A DNA stretch of 32,000 bases, taken from positions 2,910,001-2,942,000 of the forward strand of contig NZ_LT934425.1 of the NCBI RefSeq assembly GCF_900232105.1. Reading direction: 5' to 3'. Position 1 is the first letter of the stretch; every line of letters starts with the position of its first letter. This DNA comes from Candidatus Kuenenia stuttgartensis (GTDB taxonomy: Bacteria > Planctomycetota > Brocadiia > Brocadiales > Brocadiaceae). Below the pieces are notes generated by a model. It was not told where the DNA came from. It searched no databases and worked only from the letters and a program-made list of their open reading frames with translations. This document shows positions 1-9,084 of the stretch, piece after piece. A program made the translations under genes and the position numbers.

Positions 1-782
1 TTGAAAACTTTACCTTCTTTAACACATTAGCCGGCTATGGCATTACTGACTATTTATCCCTCTATCTTGTGATGCCTTATGCTATTAAAGAACAAGACTC
101 CTTAGGCACATCGAAGGGGTTTGGTGATGCTGGATTTTTAGTACAATACGGTTTTAAGTACGGCGAGAGAAACGGGATTCGGGGTTTTTATAATAACGGC
201 CCGGAAGATACTATTGGAGAAAGTTACACGACTAATGATCTGAAAATGTCGGTTTTAGGGGGTTTTACTGTTCAGACCGGTGATATTACAAACGAAGATA
301 ATAATGGCAACAGGTTTGACATGGGCATGCAGACAGGTTTTGCCGCGCCAACGTTTATGACAGGTTTCTCCGCATCAAAAATGCTTTTTCAGCACTTTAC
401 TCTTACCGGGGAGACATCATTTACCACCTTTACCCGTCATGATGACGGTAAACCTGGAAATGAGATCCGTTTCAATCTGGCCGGAGGGTATGAAATATTT
501 GAAAATCCTCAGGGATTTTTCCAAAGGGTAGATATTATTACTGAATCAAACTTCCTCCATCTGACAAAAGATGAAGACGAACACCATCACGATGAAGATG
601 ACAGCGGGGGAACGATTCTGTATCTTTCACCTGGCTTTCGCGTTTCTCTTAAGAAAAATATCAGTATCGGAGGGCTTCTGAAATTTCCCGTATGGAAGGA
701 TTTGAACAGGGAATCGGAGCAACAGGGCGCTGAAGGACTTGAACACTATAGGGCAATTCTCACCGTGACATATTCTTTTTAA
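1..782 (+). CDS. Outer-membrane beta-barrel protein, 5'-partial (MetA-pathway/transporter-like porin type)
   Basis: The frame of the listed ORF (69..782) stays open back to nt 3, so the gene runs off the left edge. Gly/aromatic-rich alternating strands and a terminal ...TVTYSF typical of OMP barrels. Acidic/His loop DEDEHHHDEDD. Confidence 0.6.
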   Translation, partial: ENFTFFNTLAGYGITDYLSLYLVMPYAIKEQDSLGTSKGFGDAGFLVQYGFKYGERNGIRGFYNNGPEDTIGESYTTNDLKMSVLGGFTVQTGDITNEDNNGNRFDMGMQTGFAAPTFMTGFSASKMLFQHFTLTGETSFTTFTRHDDGKPGNEIRFNLAGGYEIFENPQGFFQRVDIITESNFLHLTKDEDEHHHDEDDSGGTILYLSPGFRVSLKKNISIGGLLKFPVWKDLNRESEQQGAEGLEHYRAILTVTYSF

Positions 783-852
783 GGACGCCAACCCTGGCAG
801 GGTTTTCTGGTCAATAATACCTTAAACCATTTATAGAGAAGGAGGAAAAATT

Positions 853-1422
853 ATGCTAAAAACACGAATATGGAAAAAGCAGATGATTGCAATACTTTTT
901 TGGGCTTGTTGTACATTTCTGTCTCATCAAAAATGCATATTTGCACATGAAGGCCATGACCACTGGAGTAATACCCCTATAACCATTAAAAGATCGACAG
1001 TAGTGCATTTGCAGTCGCTATTGGAATCATATGATCTTCTCTACAAAAAACTTATAGAGAAAGATATCCAAAATATTCCTGTATTGGCGCAAAATATTAT
1101 GGATGCTGCGCAACAGGGTGTTCAAACTGAAAATAAAGGTGAGGGGCGTTATATGATGGAACATATTTTTCAGCATGCGATATCTCTTAAAGAATGTGAA
1201 ACCCTGGAAAATGCAAAAGAATCTTTAGGGTTAATAAGCCGTGAACTGTTTCCGTTCTTTATTGCATGGCCAATGCAGCTTAAAGAAAACAAGTTAAGGC
1301 TTTATCATTGTAAAAATGATGAAAAATACTGGTTTCAGGCAGAAAATAGCGCTCCAAATTGCCCTTATGCTCACGATGAATTATCAACATGCATTATTAT
1401 TGAGGAAGTAGCGTATAAATGA
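853..1422 (+). CDS. Secreted His-rich protein, DUF3347-like (putative periplasmic metal-binding)
   Basis: GGAGG-type SD before the ATG. N-terminal hydrophobic signal followed by HEGHDH. The helical middle and the C-terminal C..Y.....W......CPY......C pattern resemble DUF3347, recalled from memory. Confidence 0.45.
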   Translation: MLKTRIWKKQMIAILFWACCTFLSHQKCIFAHEGHDHWSNTPITIKRSTVVHLQSLLESYDLLYKKLIEKDIQNIPVLAQNIMDAAQQGVQTENKGEGRYMMEHIFQHAISLKECETLENAKESLGLISRELFPFFIAWPMQLKENKLRLYHCKNDEKYWFQAENSAPNCPYAHDELSTCIIIEEVAYK

Positions 1423-1829
1423 ATTGAACGACCATCTTTGCTTTAGAAAAACATGACAGTCTTATGACACCGTGTGCCCATAATTGGTCACTGTTTATAT
1501 CAAGCCTTGCAGGATAGATGCGACTTTGTGTCTTAAGAAAAAAAACCGATGCGTGACCATTTATAGTCTTTCTGCGTTCTCATGTACTAATTGCATCTTT
1601 TTTGTGCTGTAATCGTAACATATTTAACAGTAGTAGCTTGTGCTTTCTTTGGTTGTGGTGGTCGTGTTGTTTTTTTCGAAATGGCGCACTTCTTGCTAAG
1701 TGTTGTTACATACAAAGTGTTTTGTTGTGTATTATTTTGCGCAGAATTTTTTACGGAAGGGGGGTGAATGTACGGACGCATTTAAGTGTAAAAGCAGAAA
1801 TTTTCGTGAGTTAGGATTGAGCAGATGTT

Positions 1830-2993
1830 ATGAATTTTGAAGGAGGTAAGCGAAGAATTATGATACGAAAGGGAATGATAGGAGCGGTGATGCTTGGAGC
1901 TGCGGTAGCGATAAGTGGCGGAGTAGCGACTGCGGGGTATATACAGGGTACGCATGTAAAGACGGATTTACCCGGGCCGTTTCACATAACGATGTCGCCG
2001 GATGGTAGTACGTTATTTATATCGAATCAATCTGGGCACAGTGTAACGTTTGTGGATGCAAGGACGCAGAAGGTAACGGGTGAGGTCGCTGTGAGGGTAC
2101 AGCCTGAGGCTTCAGCGGTTACGCCTGACGGGGCATTTTTGTATGTATGTAATGCAGAGAGCGACAGTGTATCGGTAGTGGACATACAGAGGAAGCAGGA
2201 GATCAAGGAGATAAAGGTAGGTGACTGGCCGAGCGGGATCAAGATTTCGCCTGATGGCAAGACTGCCTATGTTGCATGTTCCGGTTGCATGTGGAACGCG
2301 ATTGATGTAATTGATACGGGGAGGATGGAGAAGGTAAGGTCGATATATACTTCAGATTACGGTCCCAGGATGGTGGAGATATCTCCTGATGGGAAGACCC
2401 TTGTTGCGATACTTGACACGGTAGGATCGATCAACCGGAGCGTTGATTTTATTGACATTGCCAGTGGCAGGGTAGTAGAGAACAGGGTAATCCATGAGAG
2501 TTCCAACCTGAGGGATGTTGTATATACGCCGGATGGTAAATACATAGCTGTAACCCACCAGACGCCGAAGAACTGGTTGCCGGTATGTGAAGCGGAGAAT
2601 GGTCAGGTATTTACGAACAACGTAACAATCATAGAGACCAAGGCCGGTGGTAAGGTAGCGAGATTACCGTTGGACGATCTCAACAATTACGATGGCAATC
2701 CGTATGGTATGGCGATGGACCCTAAGGGCAAGTATTTGTACATTGGGGTAAGAGGGATGCATCGTGTAACGATACTGGATATGGATAAGGTATTGGGTCT
2801 GGTGAGGAGCAGCACGCAGGAGGAGCTTGATTATCTGAGGGACGACCTTGGGTTGGTAAGAGATTATCTTGTTGCCAGGGTTCCTACGGGTCTGGGGCCA
2901 AGTTCGGTATGTTTATCACCTGACGGCAAATTTTGTTATGCGGCCAACTATTTTTCCAACAATGTAACCGTGATAAGGACTGCGGTTGATTAA
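1830..2993 (+). CDS. hzsB: Hydrazine synthase beta subunit (heme-free 7-bladed YVTN beta-propeller)
   Basis: Signal/TM N-terminus. Seven YVTN-type repeats (MSPDGSTLFISN, VTPDGAFLYVCN, ISPDGKTAYVAC, ISPDGKTLVAIL, YTPDGKYIAVTH, MDPKGKYLYIGV, LSPDGKFCYAAN). No CXXCH. Sits directly upstream of hzsC/hzsA. AGGAGG at 1841-1846 suggests the true start is the in-frame ATG at 1860. Confidence 0.9.
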   Translation: MNFEGGKRRIMIRKGMIGAVMLGAAVAISGGVATAGYIQGTHVKTDLPGPFHITMSPDGSTLFISNQSGHSVTFVDARTQKVTGEVAVRVQPEASAVTPDGAFLYVCNAESDSVSVVDIQRKQEIKEIKVGDWPSGIKISPDGKTAYVACSGCMWNAIDVIDTGRMEKVRSIYTSDYGPRMVEISPDGKTLVAILDTVGSINRSVDFIDIASGRVVENRVIHESSNLRDVVYTPDGKYIAVTHQTPKNWLPVCEAENGQVFTNNVTIIETKAGGKVARLPLDDLNNYDGNPYGMAMDPKGKYLYIGVRGMHRVTILDMDKVLGLVRSSTQEELDYLRDDLGLVRDYLVARVPTGLGPSSVCLSPDGKFCYAANYFSNNVTVIRTAVD

Positions 2994-3035
2994 GGATTGT
3001 ATGGAGTGTGAGAGTTATTTATTTTTGGAAAACAA

Positions 3036-4097
3036 ATGGCAAGAGAAATGAGATTAGGAGGAAAAGAAAGAATGAAGACAGGAGTAGTGAAAATAGGATT
3101 AGTTGCGGCCCTGGGGGTAGTGGGGCTGATATCGGCGGGCGGCGTATATGCCGGTCAGCCGCGGGTAATTTCCACGATCCAGACGGGAGCTACGTGGGAA
3201 CCGCTGGGAAGGGAAGAACCTTTGACGGTGCCGGAAGTGCATTTTCGTGTAAAGCATTCACCTTTTAAGAGTGAGCTGGTAAGATACGGGCAGTTCCAGT
3301 TTAACGATGCAGCGTGGAGTTTGCAGGGATCATACTCATGCGCCAGTTGTCATTATGAGAGAGGCCAGACAACCGGTTTGATTTGGGATTTGGGAGATGA
3401 AGGATGGGGTAGCTGGAAGAACACGAAGTATATTCGTGGCGGCCGATATCTTCCTCCGTTCAGGCATGAGGGGTTCACTGGTCATCCTGATGAAATAGTA
3501 GGGGCAACCAGTTCACTTGACAGGGTATGTGGAAGGGATCCTGGATTTGTGTTCAGGAGTGAGAATTTTTCTCCGATGAGATTAGAGGCGCTCATTTGTT
3601 ACATCAGGGCGTTGGAATTTACCGGGAGTCCATTCAGGAATGCGGATGGGAGTTTAACCGAAGCCCAGAAGAGGGGTCAGAAGATATTTGAGGATCCGAA
3701 GGTAGGATGTCTTGAGTGTCATCCTGGCGATCCGATGGATCCGAGGGCATTGTTCAGTGATGCACAGACGCATGATGTAGGAACCGGCAGGGTAGGTGTA
3801 AATGGTTTCAGGTCAACACCTGGGAAGGTATTTAACATATCGGCGTTAGAGGCAGGTGAGGATCCATATGGTGTTGAGAGCAACACGCCGATCATTGGAT
3901 TGGATCTTGTGAAGGAATTTGATACGCCGACATTGAGAGACATCTATGCATCAGGCACCTATTTCCATGATGGTGGTGCAAGGACATTGATGGACACCAT
4001 AAACAACACGGTAAATGATAAGGACATGCATGGAAGGACGTCTCATTTAAAGCAGCAGGAGCTCCAGGATTTGGTGGAGTACCTGAAGGCGTTATAA
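3036..4097 (+). CDS. hzsC: Hydrazine synthase gamma subunit (di-heme, cytochrome c peroxidase/MauG-like)
   Basis: Two CXXCH motifs (CASCH 3339-3353, CLECH 3708-3722). CCP-type motif TPTLRDIYASGTYFHDGG. Signal peptide. AGGAGG at 3056-3061 favours the in-frame ATG at 3072 as start. Confidence 0.9.
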   Translation: MAREMRLGGKERMKTGVVKIGLVAALGVVGLISAGGVYAGQPRVISTIQTGATWEPLGREEPLTVPEVHFRVKHSPFKSELVRYGQFQFNDAAWSLQGSYSCASCHYERGQTTGLIWDLGDEGWGSWKNTKYIRGGRYLPPFRHEGFTGHPDEIVGATSSLDRVCGRDPGFVFRSENFSPMRLEALICYIRALEFTGSPFRNADGSLTEAQKRGQKIFEDPKVGCLECHPGDPMDPRALFSDAQTHDVGTGRVGVNGFRSTPGKVFNISALEAGEDPYGVESNTPIIGLDLVKEFDTPTLRDIYASGTYFHDGGARTLMDTINNTVNDKDMHGRTSHLKQQELQDLVEYLKAL

Positions 4098-4170
4098 GAG
4101 AGAAGTGTATGAATGTGTAGTATAAGCGATAAAAATTTAAGGACAATAAGTGAAAGGAGAAGGCCAATAG

Positions 4171-6600
4171 ATGGGTAAGAGGAAATTAGGAGTGATAGCA
4201 TCGGCGTTTGTAGCGGGTGCGTTGGTCTGTGGGAGTACCCTTGTGAATGCTGAGCCTGTAATGACAGGCGGCCCGGTGCAGGGGAAGGCCTTATGGACTG
4301 ATTATAGTGGGATGTCAAAAGAGGTGCAGGGTCCTGTGAGTCAGATATTGTTTACGCAGTCGCCGAGGACAGCCAAAGGGGATCCGTACCAGAACTATCC
4401 GCACTATATACCGGAAGGAAGCCGGATAGTGTTATTTGATTTAAACACAAAGGAATTGAAGGTATTGACCAATGATTTTGCAACAGCCTTTGATCCATGC
4501 ACCTATTGGGACGGCAAGAAATTTGCGTTTGCCGGGGTACACAAGAAAGGCGGCGGGTGCCAGATATGGGAAATGAACATAGATGGCAGTGGTTTAAGGC
4601 AGATGACTGATCTTAAGGGAACCTGCCGTTCACCGATTTATTATGCAGCGGGAAGTATTGAAGAAGGCGAAGGCCGTATCATATGGCGTGACCGGTATTT
4701 TGAAGGGGACTGGAAAGAGCATGGCATGGTAGAGAAGACGGGCATGATAATATTTTCAGGTTCACCGGAAGGCGTAATGGATGAGTTCCACAATCCATAT
4801 GCGTATAATCTTTACCGTTTGGATACGCAGGGCGGTAAGATCATACAGAGAATCACCGGACACGTGCTATCTGGCATAGAGTTTCCGCACCTCAATACCA
4901 CGATAGACCAGATCACCTACAATTTAAGTTCCAACTTTGATCCATGGTTAACTCCTGACGGAAACATCCTTTTCTCAAGCGTGCAGGCAAATGGCAGCAG
5001 GGCTGGCGGAGAAGGCAGGGTGATGATTTGTGTGGACAACTGGGATGGTGCGTATCCAAGGCCTATCTATGGAAACTGTGATGGGGAAATCGGTGGCACC
5101 AGCGGAAGGTCTCAGGCGAAGATCACCTTTGGAGACAGGAAGATTGTCTATGTTGAGTCTCCGTACATGAATTGGGGCGTAGGTCAGTTGGCAGCGGTGA
5201 GCTGGGATGCTCCGTTCAACAAGACGTATGAGAAGTTGACAGGAAAAGATGGTGGATTGTACAGGAGTCCATATCCGCTTCCGGACGACAGGATGTTGGT
5301 ATCCTATGCAGAAAGAGGGGATTTTGGCATATACTGGTTTAATTTTAGCAAATGTGCTGCAGGGGACAAGGTATATGATGATCCTAACTGGAATGATCAC
5401 CAGCCTGCGCCGGTTTATGTGAAGTACAAGCCAAGGTGGATTAACACCTTTACCGCCGGTAAGAACTTTGGTGTAACGGTCGTAACGTATCAGCCGTTTG
5501 ATCAGGTGAAGGTGGAAGGATATCCGCATTCATGGGGAACATGGATATGCTTTGATACGACATTGTCGGATCAGCCTGTAGGTCCTTATCCGCATCAGAA
5601 GGCAAAAAACGTAAGCCATGGAGATATCAAGGCAGTAAGAATCATCCAGGGATATCAGTGTGTAGAACCGGATTCAACCCGTTTCAGGGTAGGAGCTGGA
5701 GCACATCTTCTTGGTGGAGAGAGATCAAGCAGCAATTCAGGTACAGCATTTCAGCAGAGGGGTATCATCGGGTATCAATATGTAGAGAGCGATGGTTCAA
5801 CAGTTACATCCCAGCTTTCAGATGTTCCTTATTACATGCAGATATTGGATGATAAGGGTATGTCTGTACAGACTGCTTTAACCTGGGCATATTTGAGGCC
5901 ATATCATGGCAGGATTTGTAGTGGATGTCACTATGGATCATATCGTGGAAGGGCGTTCAAGAACATCCATGCAAAGGCGTTGTACAACTGGTGGTATGAT
6001 GACAGAAGCCACTATGATTCACCATTTGCGTTCAGGTATTTGAAGTTTGACAACGATGGGAATTACAAGGGCGTAAAACATGGAGAGGATGTAGTAGTAC
6101 CATCTGACATTTACTATGGTGGTCCATCCGGAACGACATCACAGCCGGTGGAAGGATTGACGCTGGATAAGCAGAGGACGGTGGATTTCCGCAGGGACAT
6201 TCAGCCGATACTTGATGCGAAGTGTGCGATGTGTCATGATTCGAACAATCCTCCGAACCTTGGTGGCGGATTGGAATTGGTAAGTGTAGATGGTATAGCA
6301 GCATACAGTCGTGCATACAACAGCTTGCTTGAGCCGCAGAGGGGGAAAGACCCGAACATTGGCGGAAAATATGTTAATCCGTCAGCAGCGATCAACAGTT
6401 TGTTGGTATGGAGGTTGTATGAAGCTGAGTTAAGCGCGAATGCTCCCAGGGAGAAGATATTCCCGATAGAGGGTCGTTTATTGCACAATAAATTCCTTAC
6501 TCAGGATGAGAGATATGCGATAGTAGAGTGGATAGACCTGGGTGCGCAGTGGGATAACATTCCGGGACCAGATTTTTATCCTGGATATCTTGTAAAATAA
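4171..6600 (+). CDS. hzsA: Hydrazine synthase alpha subunit (propeller plus two c-type heme sites)
   Basis: 809 aa with SD AAGGAGA at 4154-4160 and signal peptide MGKRKLGVIASAFVAGALVCGSTLVNA. CXXCH at 5917-5931 (CSGCH, codons 583-587, followed by YGSY) and at 6223-6237 (CAMCH, codons 685-689). Size, order and heme count match HZS-alpha. Confidence 0.92.
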   Translation: MGKRKLGVIASAFVAGALVCGSTLVNAEPVMTGGPVQGKALWTDYSGMSKEVQGPVSQILFTQSPRTAKGDPYQNYPHYIPEGSRIVLFDLNTKELKVLTNDFATAFDPCTYWDGKKFAFAGVHKKGGGCQIWEMNIDGSGLRQMTDLKGTCRSPIYYAAGSIEEGEGRIIWRDRYFEGDWKEHGMVEKTGMIIFSGSPEGVMDEFHNPYAYNLYRLDTQGGKIIQRITGHVLSGIEFPHLNTTIDQITYNLSSNFDPWLTPDGNILFSSVQANGSRAGGEGRVMICVDNWDGAYPRPIYGNCDGEIGGTSGRSQAKITFGDRKIVYVESPYMNWGVGQLAAVSWDAPFNKTYEKLTGKDGGLYRSPYPLPDDRMLVSYAERGDFGIYWFNFSKCAAGDKVYDDPNWNDHQPAPVYVKYKPRWINTFTAGKNFGVTVVTYQPFDQVKVEGYPHSWGTWICFDTTLSDQPVGPYPHQKAKNVSHGDIKAVRIIQGYQCVEPDSTRFRVGAGAHLLGGERSSSNSGTAFQQRGIIGYQYVESDGSTVTSQLSDVPYYMQILDDKGMSVQTALTWAYLRPYHGRICSGCHYGSYRGRAFKNIHAKALYNWWYDDRSHYDSPFAFRYLKFDNDGNYKGVKHGEDVVVPSDIYYGGPSGTTSQPVEGLTLDKQRTVDFRRDIQPILDAKCAMCHDSNNPPNLGGGLELVSVDGIAAYSRAYNSLLEPQRGKDPNIGGKYVNPSAAINSLLVWRLYEAELSANAPREKIFPIEGRLLHNKFLTQDERYAIVEWIDLGAQWDNIPGPDFYPGYLVK

Positions 6601-6660
6601 GAGAGGTTATTAACAGCATTTTATATAGTTGTGGTAAGTAGTAAGAGGTAAAACAAGCGA

Positions 6661-6703
6661 AGAGCCGGGGAAAAGTGGCAAAACCACGTCCCGGCTCTTT
6701 GTG
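6661..6703. terminator. Hairpin terminator between convergent hzsA and dinB
   Basis: AGAGCCGGG (6661-6669) pairs with CCCGGCTCT (6690-6698). An inner GTGG/CCAC stem sits in the loop, and TTGTGCTT follows. Confidence 0.55.
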
Positions 6704-6759
6704 CTTCCAGAGAGATTTGCATGTTTACCGAATAAGCATGAAGCACAAAATATGATATG

Positions 6760-7745
6760 TTATGACGGTTTCTTTTTCCTCACCTGATTGGCAAAATTGA
6801 TGCATTTAATACCTTTTGGCCTCCATGCCGGAGAAATGACGCCTTTATGGTGGTAACGATTCATCAGCGTGCCAGATGTGATACTGAATTCCCCATAACG
6901 GTTGTTTATCTCGTCCATAACACGCACAACTTTTTGCTTTGTCCTTTCTGCCGGGAAAAGGGGTATTTGTGTATAATCCTTGTGCAGGTTGCTTAAGCAT
7001 ACTCCTAGTAACCGTATCGGATGGCAAGGTCTGGTAGCATTCAATATATCACAGGCAACGAGATAAATATTTAATCCGTCATTTATTGGCGTTCCAATGG
7101 TTTTACTTTTGGTAAGGGTGCTGAAATCCGAATAGCGGATGGTGAGGGTTACCGTTCTGCCGGAATACCCCCCTTTACGCATTCTCCGGCCAACCATTTC
7201 TGACAATTGAAGAATCATTCTTTCAATGGTTTCCTTATCGAGGATGTCTTTTTCAAGGGTCATGCTGTGGCCTACCGATTTTGCGTCAGATTCTTTTTCT
7301 GACGGTATTACGGGACTATCATCAATCCCCTGCGCTATAAGTACCAAGCGTTCGCCGATAATGCCGAATGTGTGTTTTAACTGCGTTACCTGTGCCCGCC
7401 CGAGTTCTCCGCATGTGGTGATTCCAATAGCGGCCAGGTGTTTTGCCAGTTTTGGACCGATTCCCCAGAGTTCCTGTACCGGCAAGTTTTCCAGCAATGA
7501 ACGGATGTCTTTTTCTTCTATAATAAAAAGTCCGTCGGGTTTTTTCATATCGCTGCCAAGTTTTGCCAGGAGTTTGTTTGGGGCAATGCCGATGGAGCAG
7601 GTCAATCTTCCAAGGTGTTTGTGGATATCCTGTTTTATTTTCTTTGCAATATGCTCTATGCTATTAAAAAGAGGAATAGAACCGGCAATATCAAGGAATA
7701 CCTCGTCGACAGAATATACTTCAATAGCGGGGGTGTAGCGCGAAT
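6760..7745 (-). CDS. dinB: DNA polymerase IV (Y-family), exon 2
   Basis: YSRYTPAIEVYSVDEVFLDIAGS, GIAPNKLLAKLGSDMKKPDGL and the little-finger region are typical DinB. This is the in-frame continuation of the exon 1 protein across the intron. The listed ORF 6760..7806 includes intron-derived codons at its 5' end. Confidence 0.85.
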
Positions 7746-7893
7746 AGCTGGTAGGCTGGAGGCCATTAGCCTCCAACCCCCACTCGTCGCCAGATACTTT
7801 GGACAACGTGACAAAGCATCCTTTTTAAACCATACGTCTTTCTCGTAGTCAGCGACCCCGAAGTGTTGCTCTATAACAGAGAAAAGTCAAACA

Positions 7894-8187
7894 TCATGCT
7901 TTAGCACACGCCTTAAGAAATTCTCTTTCGAATGAGAGTAACCCCATTTTAAAGAATCGGTGAACAGGGAAACGCTTGTTGTCTGTTCTCCATTTTCTTG
8001 AGAACTTGAAACATCTCAGTCTCATGCGTACCCAACAGTCTAATGAGCGATATACCTTTTGTACATTGCCCAGCCGAAAATAGTTGACATGCCCACGAAT
8101 TACGGGGTTTAATGTATCAACGATGGCTTGCAGATTGACGCCCTGTGTACGTCTGGTGATGTCTCTGATGTTGTTCCTTCGGCAGGC
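7894..8187 (-). pseudogene. Maturase (X) domain of the intron-encoded protein, in frame directly after the TGA at 8188-8190
   Basis: My manual translation gives ACRRNNIRDITRRTQGVNLQAIVDTLNPVIRGHVNYFRLGNVQKVYRSLDCWVRMRLRCF... (97 codons, stop at 7894-7896). This is the classic X-domain motif NP.IRGW.NYF. It is not in the ORF track because it has no early start codon. Confidence 0.75.
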
Positions 8188-9084
8188 TCAGGACAGGCTC
8201 TTGAGTTTGTTCAGTGATTTCGTGCTTATACCCTTATACTTGCCCTTGGAATCGTATCCGAGAAACCTGAAACCTCTTTCGAAGTTGGCGAGCTTGGTTT
8301 TATCCTCGCTCAGCTTCATTCCAAGTTTCCCTGCAATGATTTCTTTGACATAGCTGAGGGCGGCTGGGAGTTCATCTTTTGTTTTAGTCATGACAACGAA
8401 ATCATCGGCGTATCGGACAAACTTATATCCAGCCTTTTCAAGTTCCTTGTCGATGATGTCACCGATAAGGTTTGCAAGCAAAGGGGAAATGACGCCTCCT
8501 TGCGGAGTGCCTTTGTTTGTCTCGTGCACGATGCCGTCCTCCATGACCCCTGCTTTGAGCATGTTCTCAATACTGTTCAAAACCCATCCATCAGCGATTT
8601 TCTCACGTAAGGAGTCCATAATAAGCTTATGGGGTATGGTGTCATAGAATGCCATTATATCGGCATCAAGGACGCTGGTATACCCTTCCTGCTTATACTG
8701 TTCAAGCCGTTTGATAGCATCGTGACAGCATCTGTCAGGGCGAAATCCAAAGCTGTTATCTGAGAATCCTTTCTCAAATATTGGCTCTATGATTTGCCTG
8801 AACGCCTGCTGTACAATCCTGTCCTTAACAATGGGAATGCCAAGAGGTCTCTTGTCATGCCTGCCTTTGGGGATGTATACCCGCAGGACAGGCGCAGGGT
8901 TGTATATGGCAGTCTTGAGTTCCTGATGGATACTCATGATATTCACATCAAGATTGGACTCAAATTGCTTAATACTTACCCTGTCAAGACCAGCTTTGCC
9001 TTTATTCTTCTTTACGTGTTTGAAAGCAGCATAAAGGTTTTTCAGACTAAACACCTTGTCTCTTAATGAATGATACTTAAGCAT
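8188..9084 (-). CDS. Group II intron-encoded reverse transcriptase (RT domains 0-7), ends at an in-frame TGA
   Basis: RT motifs: RPLGIPIVKDRIVQQA, FGFRP, LDADIMAFYDTIPH, GTPQGGVISPLLAN, YADDFVV. Confidence 0.9.
   Translation of the reverse strand: MLKYHSLRDKVFSLKNLYAAFKHVKKNKGKAGLDRVSIKQFESNLDVNIMSIHQELKTAIYNPAPVLRVYIPKGRHDKRPLGIPIVKDRIVQQAFRQIIEPIFEKGFSDNSFGFRPDRCCHDAIKRLEQYKQEGYTSVLDADIMAFYDTIPHKLIMDSLREKIADGWVLNSIENMLKAGVMEDGIVHETNKGTPQGGVISPLLANLIGDIIDKELEKAGYKFVRYADDFVVMTKTKDELPAALSYVKEIIAGKLGMKLSEDKTKLANFERGFRFLGYDSKGKYKGISTKSLNKLKSLS

Noticed and set aside
1587-1814. Overlapping 64-aa (-) and 70-aa (+) ORFs in the hzs upstream spacer.
   Set aside because: They are artefacts of the G+T-skewed low-complexity tract (Cys/Phe/Leu-rich or Thr/Gln/Lys-rich translations). 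No SD is present.
4975-5529. 184-aa minus-strand ORF, plus the other antisense ORFs at 2027-2558, 3719-4318 and 6032-6488 inside hzsB/C/A.
   Set aside because: They lie fully inside and antisense to genes with strong family signatures. They have no SD, and their composition is typical of shadow ORFs.
7226-7848. Plus-strand ORFs (170 aa, 77 aa) across dinB exon 2 and the intron 3' end.
   Set aside because: They are antisense to a well-supported DinB coding frame, with low-complexity Ser/Pro-rich translation.
8188-8190. The in-frame TGA in the intron RT/maturase as a selenocysteine or programmed recoding site.
   Set aside because: I see no SECIS-like hairpin immediately downstream, and there is no precedent for Sec in these proteins. 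A nonsense mutation or sequence error is more parsimonious. The observation is kept as a finding, but the recoding interpretation is rejected.
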